Source: Octopus sinensis
Taxonomy: Eukaryota
Assembly: GCF_006345805.1 (NCBI RefSeq)
Contig: NC_042998.1
Span: 113,894,001 to 113,958,000, forward strand
Length of the DNA stretch: 64,000 bases
Direction of reading: 5' to 3'
In this document: positions 12,165 through 25,124 of the stretch, piece by piece
Layout of the letters: every line of letters begins with the position of its first letter
Position numbering within the stretch: position 1 is the first letter of the stretch
The notes under the pieces: generated by a model
The model's input: only the letters and a program-made list of their open reading frames with translations
Told to the model about the DNA's origin: nothing
Database searches by the model: none
Made by a program: the position numbers and the translations under genes

Positions 12165-13958
12165 GTCACCGTCATAGTGTCTAGCCACGAGCACATCGAG
12201 CTGGTCGGCGAGACACTGAAAAACTACGAAGCGGTGACAGGAGCGAAAATCAACGGGAAAAGTCAGTGGGCTTGCGATAGGCACCTGGAGAAGCAAGCCC
12301 ATGCCGTCCACCAGCGCCTCCGTCGTGGGACGCTGGACCGACGACGGCCCGGTTGAGTTGCTCGGGTCTGGTTTGGTCCGGACCTCCAAGGGAGAAGAAC
12401 TGGAACGAGATAACGAGTAGGGTGGTCACTCTCGCCCGGCAATGGGCCGAGAGGAAACTGTCCCTAAAAGGTCGAGCGGAGGTGGCGAACACGTACATCG
12501 CGTCCGTCATCTACTACCGCCTGACCGTCGTACCTTGTCCCGACCCTACCATCACCAAACTACAACGCATCCTCTTTCGCTTCTTGTGGAAAGGATGCGT
12601 CCCGATGGTCAGGCGATCCATTTGCTGTCAACACCCGTTAAAAGGAGGGCTGGGCATGCCGTGGTTGATGATGCGCAGACACGCGCTGAGACTGCGACAT
12701 CTCTGGCTCTATGTAGACGACGGTGAACAGGTGTGGTCGCCGTTTGTGAGGCACGCTTTCCCGCAGCTCGTCTCCATGACCGAACTGCAGTCGTGGATCA
12801 AAAAGAGGCCGAGGAAGGGCGAATGGCCCGCGAGTGTCGCGTTGCTCTCAAGCAACTCTGCCGTCCTGGGTCGACCTTAAGTGACTTCAACACAACCAAA
12901 GCATTCTATAGGGGTTTAGTGGAGGGGAGGTACGACGACGAGCTCGGGGCGAACCTGGACGTCGACGAGGAGTACCTGACCCGCCTGTTCGGGACGACTT
13001 TCGGGCCAGGGCCCATGGACAACTTCCAGAGATCCCTGGCCTGGCAGTGCTACCGAGAAGCGCTACCCGTTCGGGATAAGCTCTACAGACACGGCTCGAG
13101 AAACACGGGGCCGACCTGCCCGAGATGCGGTCAGAGCGACGAAACCGTTCTGCCACGCACTCGTTCAGTGTCCAACAATTTCCGACCTGTGGGCTTATGT
13201 CGAACAACTGCTGTCACTGTGTGGGACGAGTCGGTTTATCAGCTGAGTCTATCGTCAATATTGTCACGCCTCCTTCCTTCTTCAAACGGGAAGGAAGAGC
13301 TATTTTCATCATCCTTGTGGCTATGGCGAAAGAATGTATCTGGTGGACGCGTCTGAAAGGATGGAGACAAACACTTTCCTCTCTGGTCAATCTCTCATCA
13401 ACTTCTTCAAGTACCACTTGAAAAGGAAAGTGAGAGTAGAGAGGCAAGTGTTTGTCTAGCGAATGTTTTAAAAAAAGATGGGTGAATGTAGCAAGAATGG
13501 CACGTATGAATGACGAAGCCACCTTGAGCATAGTCCTATGAACCAGAAATCGAAAACAGAGAGTTGCTTATTGCACAAAAAAAAAAAAAAAAAAAAAAAG
13601 AAATATAAAATGTGACTTCATTGACCGAGGTTACCGTGGTCTTTTCCGCAGGCTTTTCTTTCCACGGGTAAACCTCACCTGTCCTCCCCTTTACACTTCA
13701 TATTGACATTCTGTGATAACGATCCCTATTGATCATTTTTTTTTCTCTCTCCCCCCATTTTTTTTCCTCTCCCCCCCTTTTTTTTTTTTTTTTTTTTAAC
13801 CCCCCCTTATTTTGTCCTCTTTCTCTCCTTTTACGATCCCTTTTGATCGAACCTCCCCCTTCCTTTTTTTTTGTTTTTTTTTTTTAATACCTTCAAAGAA
13901 AAGCTCTACCTTGTAATTTGTTTATCTGTGTGCAGCCCTGTGTGGCTAATAAAGAAAC
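12165..13958 (+). mobile_element. 5'-truncated L1/Tx1-clade non-LTR retrotransposon (RT C-terminus, thumb, CCHC finger, 3' UTR)
   Basis: Begins just after the YADD motif (VTVIVSSHEHIELVGETLKNYEAVTGAKIN). RKLSLKGRAEVAN...FRFLWKG...LKGGLGMP, CPRCGQSDETV(LH), stop at ~13539-13541, AATAAA at 13948. Several frameshifts. Flanked on both sides by (ATCT)n. Confidence 0.9.
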
Positions 13959-13959
13959 A

Positions 13960-13990
<31 letters not shown>

Positions 13991-14092
13991 GTATCTATGA
14001 ATTATCTATCTATCTATCTATCTATATGTATATATATATAATATCTATCTATCTATTTATCTATCTACATATAATTTATATCTGGCTATCTA

Positions 14093-14165
<73 letters not shown>

Positions 14166-14251
14166 ATGTATATCTATCTATAATGTACATCTATCCATCC
14201 ATCCATTCTTCCATATATCTATCTATCTATCATCATCTATCTATCTATCTA

Positions 14252-14301
<50 letters not shown>

Positions 14302-14322
14302 ATTTAATGTATTGTTTCTATA
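13959..14322. repeat. (ATCT)n/(AT)n microsatellite right of the Tx1-like element
   Basis: Direct reading. Confidence 0.95.
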
Positions 14323-15036
14323 TTTGATTCTATATCTGATTCAGTCCAAAAACCAATGACGCATATTTTGATGAAACCTTTTATACTTCGTGAGGTAGAG
14401 GTTTGCAAATAGATAAGATAACAGACTTAAACAACCACTGGGATTGATATATTATCGACGAAACCCTGTGTGTATCTCTTTGACTGTATAAGCTTAAGTG
14501 TGTATGTGTGCGTCTGTGTATGTGTGTGTCTGTGTATATGTGTGTGTACTAAATATAAATGTGAGAGTGTAATAAGTGTCTTAAGGGATGTTAATAAGTT
14601 TCCTTAAATACATGAATAATTTCAACGCACAATCCAACATATATATCAAAGTAACACAAATGATTGTAAATACAGAACAACATAAAACAGGATAACGAAA
14701 AATAGGGTAAAAGGCACAAAACATAAAGACAAAAAAGAAAAAAAAATACAAAACAAAAAAGTCTATATATTTCTTCTACCTATTTTCTTCTGACTCTTAC
14801 CTGCTTGCTAAATATTTCGTAAAACAGGAATTAATGAAGAATTGTATAATTCTCCTGGATGTATTCTGTTGCATGGTTTTAATAGCATTTTGAGATAAGA
14901 GAAAATAACACCTCGTTGAATAATGGTTTGTAGTTTGGATGCGAGATGACACCTCGTTTAACAGAAAACACTAATAGAACAGGAATCTTGTCAGATTAAC
15001 TACGAGTTTACAGAAAATGCAAGGAAAAACATACAA

Positions 15037-15039
<3 letters not shown>

Positions 15040-15080
<41 letters not shown>

Positions 15081-15122
15081 TATATGTATATATGCATATG
15101 TATATATACATACATATATATA

Positions 15123-15190
<68 letters not shown>

Positions 15191-15506
15191 CATATCTATA
15201 TCTGTATGTACATATATATACACATTTATATATACGTTTATAAAAATGTGCTTATTATGTATATATATCTGTGTCTGTGTGTGTGTGATGGTTTATGTAA
15301 GTGTGCTGCACATCTGTGTATATGTGTGCATATAACCTTATAAATGTAGATATATGAACAACTCTGTATATATATTTGTGTATGTATATATACATATATA
15401 TATACATATATGTATATAGATATATATATATATATATATATACATATATGTATATATATACATATATGTATATATATGTGTGTGTATGTGTGTGTGTGTA
15501 TGTGTA

Positions 15507-15538
<32 letters not shown>

Positions 15539-15540
15539 AT
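15040..15540. repeat. (TA)n/(TG)n compound microsatellites
   Basis: Direct reading. Confidence 0.9.
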
Positions 15541-16387
15541 AAGTATCTGCTAGTGTATATACGTATGTACTCCTTTGATTTGTGTTGTGCTTTGACTATG
15601 CACGTCACAGACAAGTGAACACACGCGCACACACAAATCCACACGCATATACTTCTACAAACAAGAATATAATATATAAATGTATATTTATATGTATTTG
15701 TGTATTTGTATTCAGTGTACAGAAAGGAATCAGCAAGACAGACACAAAGACAGAGAAATAGATAAATAGACAGATAGACAACCATACATGTATGTGTGCT
15801 CAACAAACACAAAGCAACAGAAACGAGAGAAAACCTTTAACAATGAAACAATATATGTAAACAAGAAATATTTTGCCGCCTTTTTACGAATAGCGAAGCT
15901 CCATATTTCACACCCAATGGCGAAATGCGTCAAAATCTTATTTCTGTTTTAAAGAATGCTTTCTATGTGAAACGTGTCAGGAAAAAAACAGAAAAGAAAG
16001 AAGGAAAAATAAAAATAAAACCCTTCTCATTCTAATTTCTAATTGTCGTCACTTAAACTTAACGAAGACGTGAAGACTACAGTGCGTTAGCTCACAGATC
16101 TGACTCTATGTTAAGCATTTGACAGATAACATGGTAAATTTATAACGTTCTAACTGTGTATTTGCAGTTTATAATTAAGGACTAGATCTAAGGAATATGT
16201 TTCGAATAGCATATCTGTAATTTATAACCAGGCTAGGACTACACATATTTAATTAGTACTATATAAAATAGAGCTACACATATGGTTTATTATAGTGAAC
16301 ATGTTTGACTATTAGAATTTGAGCAAGATATAATCAATTTGTTTAGAATTTCTTTATGAAAAATATGATATACAAGACCTTTACATA

Positions 16388-16606
16388 CGAAGTGGGTGCT
16401 AAAATGTGGCTGGTGATAAGGGTATCGCCTAAGACCAGACTGGAGGCCCAACCTTCCGAGTTCTTTTGCAAGGCTTTGAAAAACTGAAGAAGCGCTGCCA
16501 TAAATAAGTGAATCTGAGAGGGATGTTGAATAAAATCGTAATTAACTGATCCTCCTGAATTTTCTTTTACCCGTTTTACTCAAATCTAGGAACTTTTCAG
16601 CATTCC
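16388..16606 (+). mobile_element. Internally deleted mariner-type element
   Basis: C-terminal remnant GFEKLKKRCHK*VNLRG. Right end CTAGGAACTTTTCAGCATTCC resembles a mariner TIR; left end is degenerate. Confidence 0.55.
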
Positions 16607-16643
16607 ATCTTATATATATATATATATATACATATATATATAC

Positions 16644-16677
<34 letters not shown>

Positions 16678-16810
16678 ATGCGTGTGTTGGTGTGGTGTGT
16701 GTGTATGTATATATATATATATATAAATATACGTGTATGTGTACATATATATGTGTGTGTATGTATGCGTTATATATATATATATATATATTATTATATA
16801 TTATATATAT

Positions 16811-16839
<29 letters not shown>

Positions 16840-16848
<9 letters not shown>

Positions 16849-17971
16849 ACTGAGAATGTGTGTCTGTCTGTCTGTGTGTTTCCCTAAAACTTGAGAACTG
16901 CACAACCAATTTCATTCAAATTTTACACATGCCTTACTTAGAGTCCGGGGAATGTCATCGGCAAAAATTTTGAACTTTTTGCCTAGGGCGAGCCCACAGC
17001 AATATCATATCTTCTCCACTACGATTCCTTAAAACATTCAAATTTTACACATGCCTTAATTAGAGTCCATGTAGTTTCATGGGCAAAAAAATGTTTAACT
17101 TCTTGCCTAGAGCGAGCCCATAGCAATATGATATCTTCTCCACTATTTCAGTATTACGTGTTAAAAGTGAAACAAAAGCATTTCTCTATTTTATGTCAGA
17201 TACTTTCACTTTAACAATAAAAATAATAGCAACAATTGAATTATATGTAGTAAGTAATAATTAAAATCAAAGTAAAGTATAATATAATCGTAACATAACA
17301 AAAGTAAAAATAGCAATTGGTATGAATTGCATCAATGACTTGAACTTGAATAAGTGGTTTCACATGATGGGATAATTAAAATATAATTAGAGTGCAGAAA
17401 TGGAATAGTCCAGATGGATAATAAAAAATAAATTAAAGAAAAGACTATTGTCTATAAAGTATACAATGTAGAGAAAAAAGAAGATTTGAACACCTGGAGG
17501 AAAGCACCTTCGAAAGTGTCTTGGTGCGACTATGAAAGATATCTAACCAGAGGCGGTAAATTCGCCACAATAGAAGCAAGGTTCGAGTCACGGAGCGTGC
17601 AAGGAGTACTCGACTCAACTTGCAAAGTGGAATTATTTATTTTTACCTTTATATCTGGGACGTAGGACGTGCCGGATAAAAGTTTAAAATGCCCCCCCCC
17701 CAAAGTTGAGGTAGGCTGGATTGTAGCCACACTTCTATACAAGAGGGAGGAAAGATATCATTGATCAAAATTGCAAGAGACAGGCTTACAATTCCAGTCT
17801 GTTATATATTTTGAGTATTGTTATCACTAGCGATATCAAGATATAACTTTGTATTTTGTATTTAATGTGTAGATGTATATATATAGATGTACATGTAATA
17901 TGTACGCATATATATACACATATATACATGCACTAGCACTATGACCCGGCAACGATGGGTCATAATGCTAG
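16840..17971 (+). mobile_element. Non-autonomous Helitron, family 1, copy 1
   Basis: 5' ...ATAACTGAGAATGTGTGTCTGTCTG (start buried in TA), internal ~110-bp sub-repeat (16915-17021, 17037-17145), 3' hairpin ATGACCCGGCAACGATGGGTCAT then CTAG|T. Second copy at 33757-34922. Confidence 0.85.
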
Positions 17972-18083
17972 TATATATATATATATATATATATACATAC
18001 ATACAGATGTATATACATACATATGCATAGGTAAATATGTATATATATAAACATAAAGAAATGCATACACAAGCATATGAATG

Positions 18084-18404
18084 CAGGTGCAGTACGGCCG
18101 AATGGTCAAGAAGTCCTCTTTGCGACCACGATATTTCGGGTTCGATTGCACTACGTGGCATCTAAGGCGAGTGTCGACCTGTAACTTTGAGAGTGAAATT
18201 GGGTAAACAAGAATTGAACAGAAGCCAGTTCCAAAGGATTCTAATTTAATTCATAAATAAAAACTTGTCATGCTGTATCACGCTGTTTTTGCTCGTGAAT
18301 TACGTTAAGGGTGCATGTGGGTATGAAATGCTGTGCTACTTAAATGTTAATTGAGGAGCAGGTTATTCAGTTGGTCGTACAACTAAATTGTGATCGTCAA
18401 ACGT
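18084..18404 (+). mobile_element. Degenerate SINE (type B-like head, type C-like 3' part)
   Basis: GCAGGTGCAGTACGGCCGAATGGTCAAG...GGGTTCGATT head and TACGTTAAGGGTGCA...TGTTAATT..GAGCAGGTT tail. Confidence 0.5.
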
Positions 18405-19148
18405 GGAAGAAACATTCATACATCCAAATATCCACCGCACACACGTACAGAGACACAACCATATATGTATGTCTGCTACCGTTCTAACTGTGTAATACAA
18501 TTTACTACTCTATAATAATATCCTTTAAATAATTCTGAATGTATACCATCATAACTTAGTCTGCGGTTAGATATATTTCATAGGGTTCGAAATGTGTATT
18601 AATGGTTTATGATTTGTGATTAGATAGAATTCCAATGAAATTCATCCCAGGAATATCGTTATCATAACCAACAATTTGAATAATACAACCATATAACATT
18701 GTAGACATAACAAAACAAAAAGAAAATAAAAAAAAGAAAAAGAGGAAACAATTTTGTGTGAAAATTTAAAACGAAAGACATTCAGAAAAATTTGTTCTTT
18801 ATTGGGCGGGTTGTTGGAGAGTTAATTCTGTTTTTATCCTAAGAAAATCTGTTCATAACATAGGCAATAAATAATCAATATATAGGTATTTATACTTGGC
18901 TACCGGACCAATGTCAGCGATCTTCCTGGTTTCCTCTGTGAAACATGCCATTACAGAGTGTCCAGGAGCTGTTATCGCTTTATTGAACCTACAATACTGC
19001 AACAGTTTTGCTAACTCTTTCCTCCTTTCTTTTTTACTCAGTAATTCTCTTCATCGGACGTTTGTGGACAGTTAACACACACAAATATGCACACACACAT
19101 ACACACATGCACTTACTTATACATAGGTAGGTAAATAAACACAAGCTT

Positions 19149-19183
<35 letters not shown>

Positions 19184-19184
<1 letters not shown>

Positions 19185-19428
19185 GAGGCGCGTGGCTTAG
19201 TGGTTAGAGTGTTGAACTCATGATCGTAAGGTTGTGGTTTCGATTCCTGAACCGGGCGATGCGTTGTGTTCTTGAGCAAAACACTTCATTTCACGTTGCG
19301 CCAGCTCCCTCAGCTGGCAACAATGAGTAGTCCTGCGACGGACCGGCGTCCCGTCCATGTGGGGAATTTCTACGCCACTGAAACCGAGAAACCGGACCTT
19401 ATGAGCCTGGCATGGCTCGAGAAGGAAC
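19184..19428 (+). mobile_element. tRNA-derived SINE, type C-related
   Basis: GGAGGCGCGTGGCTTAGTGGTTAG (A box), GTTTCGATTCC (B box), TTCTTGAGCAAAACACTT CORE-like segment. Confidence 0.85.
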
Positions 19429-19660
19429 ATATATATATAAATGTTACATACATGAAGCTCAATGGACACAGTCAAAATAAAGAGAAAAATATCTACAAAG
19501 TAATTGTGTAATGTCTTAACTCGACATAATAACCACAATTTGCAGGTCATATGTACAAAAACCATGGGTATGCAACCGGCGACGAGTCACGTGGAAATGT
19601 TACAGTAAATCCGGCGCCTCGTTTCAAGAGAAGATTGGCAAACGCCAAATGTTTATATGT

Positions 19661-19831
19661 ATGACAGATTGCCTTCAGTTTCCGTCTACCAAATCCACTC
19701 TCAAGGCATTGGTCGGCCCGGGGCTATAGCAGAAGACCCTTGCCCAAGTGCCACACAGTGGGACTGAACCCAGAACCATGTGGTTGGTTAGCAAGCTACT
19801 TACCACCACAGCCACTCCTGCGCCTGCGCCT
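19661..19831 (-). mobile_element. SINE type B, 5' half
   Basis: Reverse complement reads AGGCGCAGGAGTGGCTGTGGTGGTAAGTAGCTTGC...GGGTTCAGTCCCACTG...GGATTTGGTAGACGGAAACTGAAG. Confidence 0.85.
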
Positions 19832-20041
19832 GTACATACATACATATATATATAATATATATATTATATCATATATATATATATATTATATATATATACT
19901 ATATTATATATATATAATATATATATATAATATAAATTATATATGTATATATATATATATATATAATATATAAGAATATATATTATATATATATTATAAT
20001 ATATATATATATAGTGATGTATGTACAGGCGCAGGAGTACA

Positions 20042-20082
<41 letters not shown>

Positions 20083-20299
20083 TAACGTGGCGTGCGTGTG
20101 AAAAGTGTGAGTGTTGGTTTCAATAATGGGAACGTGTGTGTAAGGTCAAGTAATAGAGAAAGCGTAACGAAGAGGAGAAAACGTTCGAGTCAATATCGCT
20201 GTCTGAGCTACACTCATCTTCATCCTCATCGCACCAAGAGCAACAAAGCTAACGCGATTACGACAAATAGCCTCACCTTGTGTACGTCCATCTCCACGA

Positions 20300-20529
20300 T
20301 CGCTACAACCATTGCCATCGCCATCACCACAAGTCCCTTGCAACCACTATTAGCTCCTATACAACTACCACTTTTAGCACCATTTCAACCACCACCACAA
20401 CAACCACCACCACTACTACCACTGCCACCATGCCTTCTTGCTACACACCCAATATATCAATAACTATCATTATAACAACTGGAAAATTGCTGAAATAACG
20501 AGTAATGTTGAGTGAAACAACAGCTGACT

Positions 20530-20586
<57 letters not shown>

Positions 20587-20790
20587 CACTGCTGCTGCTG
20601 CCGTTGCCGCTGTTGTCGCTGCTGATACTACTGATGCTGATGCTAGTGGCTTTGGCTTCGCTTCTGTATCAGATTTTGGGGCGGTAATATATAATCAATT
20701 AGTTCATCAAACTCTCGACGGGTTTCTGTCTTTCTCTCTCTCTCTGTCTCTCTCTCTCTTTCTTTCTCTCTCTCTCTCTCTCTCTCTGGC
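20300..20790. repeat. (ACC)n/(TAC)n/(GCT)n trinucleotide and (TC)n tracts
   Basis: Direct reading; explains the poly-T/poly-L ORFs. Confidence 0.9.
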
Positions 20791-20836
20791 TGTCTATCTA
20801 TTCATACTAACATACAAATATATATGTATGTATATA

Positions 20837-21699
20837 CAGACTGCGATGGATAAATTGTCACCATTTTATATTTTTAATTTCGCGCATGCGCATTATTTGC
20901 TTTTGATTTTATCGACTACGCAGTATAGTAGGGTCAGTTGGGCACCGTCTGAGAGAAAAGTTCACCATGATGCAATTCACTCTACCAGAAGTTTGGAAAT
21001 GACATGCTGTACTGCTTAGCATTCGCTCCGGAAGCTCCGATACGAACATTTCAGAGTGTTTGGGTATCACTTTGACACTCAAAACATGTACCGAGAGTGA
21101 TAAAAATCAAACATCTAGTCAACATCATGGTGTTCGGAGTGATTACTAGTGATCCATTTATCTTCCTACACGGCCTCACACTCAACACAGAGGCCTACAT
21201 CAAGTGCCTGGAGGATGTAGTGCTGTCCTGGGTGAAGAGGGTGACTGCTGAAAGACCCTCTGTCTGGCACCAGGACTCTGCATCATGCCACACAAGTAGG
21301 AGAGCCCAGTCATAGCTGTCAGACAATTTCTGCGACCACATCAGCCTTAAAATCTGGCCACATAGCTCTCCAGACTGCAAACACTCTTTGATTATTATGT
21401 CTGGGGTGCAGCTGAGTGAGAGACCAACAAAACTCCGTGTAACATCAAAGATGAACTGAAGGCAAGGATTATGGCAACATTCACGAACTTAAAGGGAGAC
21501 CGTCCAGAAGGTTTTCAGGAGATTCCGAAGTCGTATGGATGCCGTGTTTAAAGCCAAAAGCGATTTTATTGAATAAATTTACTCTTTAGTATTTCAAGAT
21601 ATTTTAATGTCATTTTGGTAAATATGTCTGTTAAAATGAGATGTCAGTGTTATTTTCATTTTTGCGTAACTTAGACTACAGTTTATTCATCGTACCCTG
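20837..21699 (+). mobile_element. Internally deleted DD37D (maT-type) Tc1/mariner transposon
   Basis: TA-flanked TIRs (CAGACTGCGATGGATAAATTGTC / GACTACAGTTTATTCATCGTACCCTG). WHQDSASCHTSRRAQS*LSDNFCDHI...WPHSSPDC...DYYVWG gives 37 residues between the last two catalytic Asp after correcting a frameshift. Confidence 0.9.
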
Positions 21700-21800
21700 T
21701 AATACATACATGTGTCCATCCATATATACATACATACATATATATATATATATAATATATATATATATTTATATATATATACATACACACAAACACACAT

Positions 21801-21835
<35 letters not shown>

Positions 21836-21869
21836 CATGTATATATATATTCATTGATGTATATATATA

Positions 21870-21918
<49 letters not shown>

Positions 21919-22199
21919 GTATGTATGTATATAAGTAAACAAATAAGAAAGAGACGTGTTAATATGTGTCAGCAAAACAATAATAAAAAGAGTACTTCGT
22001 AGTTGCTGTGGAGAGCAGAATATCCGACGTGTCGGGCAAACATTTTCAGGGAAGAGTTGACAGACGACAAAAATAATGAGAAACATTTGAATGTAACATC
22101 TTTTGAATTTAAAATAAAATGGATGTAACTAATACCGTTAAATGGCTGCTGAAGCGAGGGCCATTGGTATATGTCGATTAGTATGTTGAAGTGTTGCGT

Positions 22200-24010
22200 A
22201 GAGCATTGGCACAATTTGGGCTACATGATCGATAATAGTATGCGTGAGGAGTCTAATGCCGGTCGTGTGTGAGCGTGTATACGTTAAGTAAAATGAGACA
22301 ACAAAGCCAAGGCAGTGTGAAATTTCTAGGACATTTATAAGGAGAAAGGTAGTCTTACAGCTGTTTCAGGGATATAAAAGATATCCCATCATCAGAGACG
22401 ATATGAACGAGTTAAGTAGAAGGAAATAATAGAGATCAATATATAAAGTTATTTAGGAAAGGGAGAGGTTTAGGAAGTATAAAGGGAAATTTGAGAATAA
22501 AAATATATGCTGGATATCAAAGTTGCTGTTCCATTAGGAATGTGCTGAGTAGAATGGATAAAAAGGTTTTTTGTCCATGGTATGTAAATTCCGATAGTTC
22601 ATATTTTGTTATTACAAATGGATTGTGTGCGGATATTAATTCCATGTGCTGTTCATTCAAAGGAATCTTGTTGTGTAAATGAAGTTATGAGAATAGACTG
22701 GTAGAGGGAAGTAGAGAGAAGAGAATAGATAAGTATGTTAGAAGGAAGAAAAATGGTATTGTTCAAAAGGATTAAGGGAGGAAAGAAAGAGGAAGAGAAA
22801 ATAGGAGTGCTAGGTGATGGTCAAGATATTGTGAGGGGGTGGGGAGAGGAGAGCTATCAGTAGATAAAAAGAATAGGTGGAGGGATAGAAGGAAGAGATA
22901 AGAATGTAAGGAAGGTTTATGTGTGAGAAGTTGGAGGTGGGGTGATATGTTTGAAAAGGCACTAAGGTGGTGAGATAGATAAAGAATATGGTACGGAGTT
23001 GGGAACTAAAAGTGAGTAGTAAACCTCAAAAAGGACGGGAAGAAAAAGAAGACACAATGGTCAAGGTTCTAAAAATAAATGTAGGCATTTATATGAAGTC
23101 AGATATTGTATTAGATAAAGTGATAATGGGGAATGATAAATCAGTGAGAGAAAGAAAATATGTATATATAAATGTGTATATGCACAATTATATAGGCCCG
23201 CATACTCACACGTATACATATGTACCTATACACATACGCATGCATGCATATATACTCGTATATATATCATTTATATTATCAGACAATTTAAGAAATCAAG
23301 AAATTAAAAGATTGAGAAATTGGAGTCACATAAGGTTGTTCGAGGTTACCAAAAAGATATTCGGTATATGTACTGTATGGAAGTCCCAAATCTATAATGG
23401 AACATACTATGATAAGTTATGTGGAATATTCTTATTTTTAAGAAGATATATGTGACTGGCGAGGGTTGTGGATTTACTGTGTTTCTAAAATCTAAAAGAA
23501 TTGTGATGTGCAGCATATCTTTGTTTAAAGAATATAGTTGATCCTATATATATAAGGTTTTACAATTGTGTAGCGCGTTGAGGACGGTGCATTTGTAGAT
23601 TACGTTAGACCTTCTGCAATGGGTTTGAAGGGGGTAAAAAGTTCCAGGGCAGCAGTTACATGGTAGTGCATTGTGGGGATTATTCTCAGGAATGGAGGAA
23701 GTAATAAGGTCTAGGGAGAGGTTGGTGATGAGAGTAGATTGGTCTATGTTATTAATATTATTATAAGATGTACGAACCGAAATACCCGTAACTATATTTT
23801 CGAAGGTGAATTTATGGTGATTGGAATTAATGTTTAAGTACTTAACGTACTGGTTAGGTTTATGATGTTGGGAGTATTGGAACATTTCTAAGTTTAAAGT
23901 AACGTCTAAAAAATTAGCGGTGTTTGAAAAGTAATGGATAAGTTGAAGCCAGAGAAGAATTTGTGTAGATCTTTCCTAATTCGTTCTAAAGAGGATTTGT
24001 TAACGCTTGC
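22200..24010 (-). mobile_element. Penelope-like element 1 (5'-truncated; RT thumb, GIY-YIG, CT-rich 3' UTR, HHR)
   Basis: Minus strand ERIRKDLHKFF...ANFLDVTLNL...HKPNQYVKYLNINSNH, CNCCPG..CRRSNVIYKCTV...LYIGSTIFFKQRYAAHHNSF...STTLASHIY. Hammerhead at 22352-22399. Confidence 0.85.
22352..22399 (-). ncRNA. Minimal type I hammerhead ribozyme
   Basis: GTCT-CTGATGA-T-GGGATAT-ctttt-ATATCCC-T-GAAA-CAGCTG-TA-AGAC. Intact core, 7-bp stem II, ACAGCTGT palindromic stem III, GUA cleavage triplet, 4-bp stem I. Position 10.1/11.1 is U-U. Confidence 0.8.
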
Positions 24011-24019
24011 GTGTGTAAA

Positions 24020-24144
<125 letters not shown>

Positions 24145-24741
24145 GCATATATGCGTATATATATATATATGTGCGTGTACGTGTGTGTGTGTGCGTGCGT
24201 GCGATGACGTGTTAGCCCTTTACTTCAGACCTCGAATTGTTGAGATCGATGAAGTTCGAACGTCCGTAGTTTGATGTCTTTGGGGAAATCCCATTCTAGG
24301 TGAATGCAATTCTGGCAAGTAAAGATTCGGAAGCCAATCTGTTCTCAGCAGGGAAAAGAGTGGATGAAGAGAGAGAGAGTGTGTGAGAGAGAGAGTGTGT
24401 GTGAGAGAGAGAGAGAGAGTGGGAGAGAGAGAGAGAGAGAGAGAGGAGTTCCAACCAATGTACCGTACTGTCAACTGGCGTTTTCAACTGAGCTCGTTAC
24501 AACACACAGGGTATCTTTGATCTGGGACACTTTAACCATCCAGAAGGGTTGACAAGCAGACAATAGCAGAGAAAATGATATCAGGGGAATGCCCATGGTC
24601 ATGGCTTGGATGTGGCTGGGGCCCTTTACAGTGTAAGGAGTTAAGGACTGAAGGACTTACATGAGAGGGGCTTCGTATCTGGAAACCCTCCATTGTTCAA
24701 CTCTCCCTTGAGTTGAACAGCAGAATGTATTAGCTGAATAT

Positions 24742-24779
<38 letters not shown>

Positions 24780-25079
24780 GCACACACATACACGCACACA
24801 CACACACACAACACACACACACACACACACACGCACGCACGCACACACACACCCACATACACACACGTGAAAACATACATTCTGACACACTTGTAGACGT
24901 ATACAGATACGGAAATATTCATACGTATACTAACAGATATGCACACTCTGACAAATATACTTACTTGCATACAAACATCTTCCCGGTATTTCAATATGCA
25001 CTACATATTTGGTGTCGCTATTTTACATTCATTTGTTTACCTACATTCCTATTTGTTTACATAAACTTACATACATACG

Positions 25080-25124
<45 letters not shown>

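Noticed and set aside
15960-15985. GAAACGTGTC resembling an HHR 3' half
   Set aside because: No upstream CUGANGA or complementary stem I.
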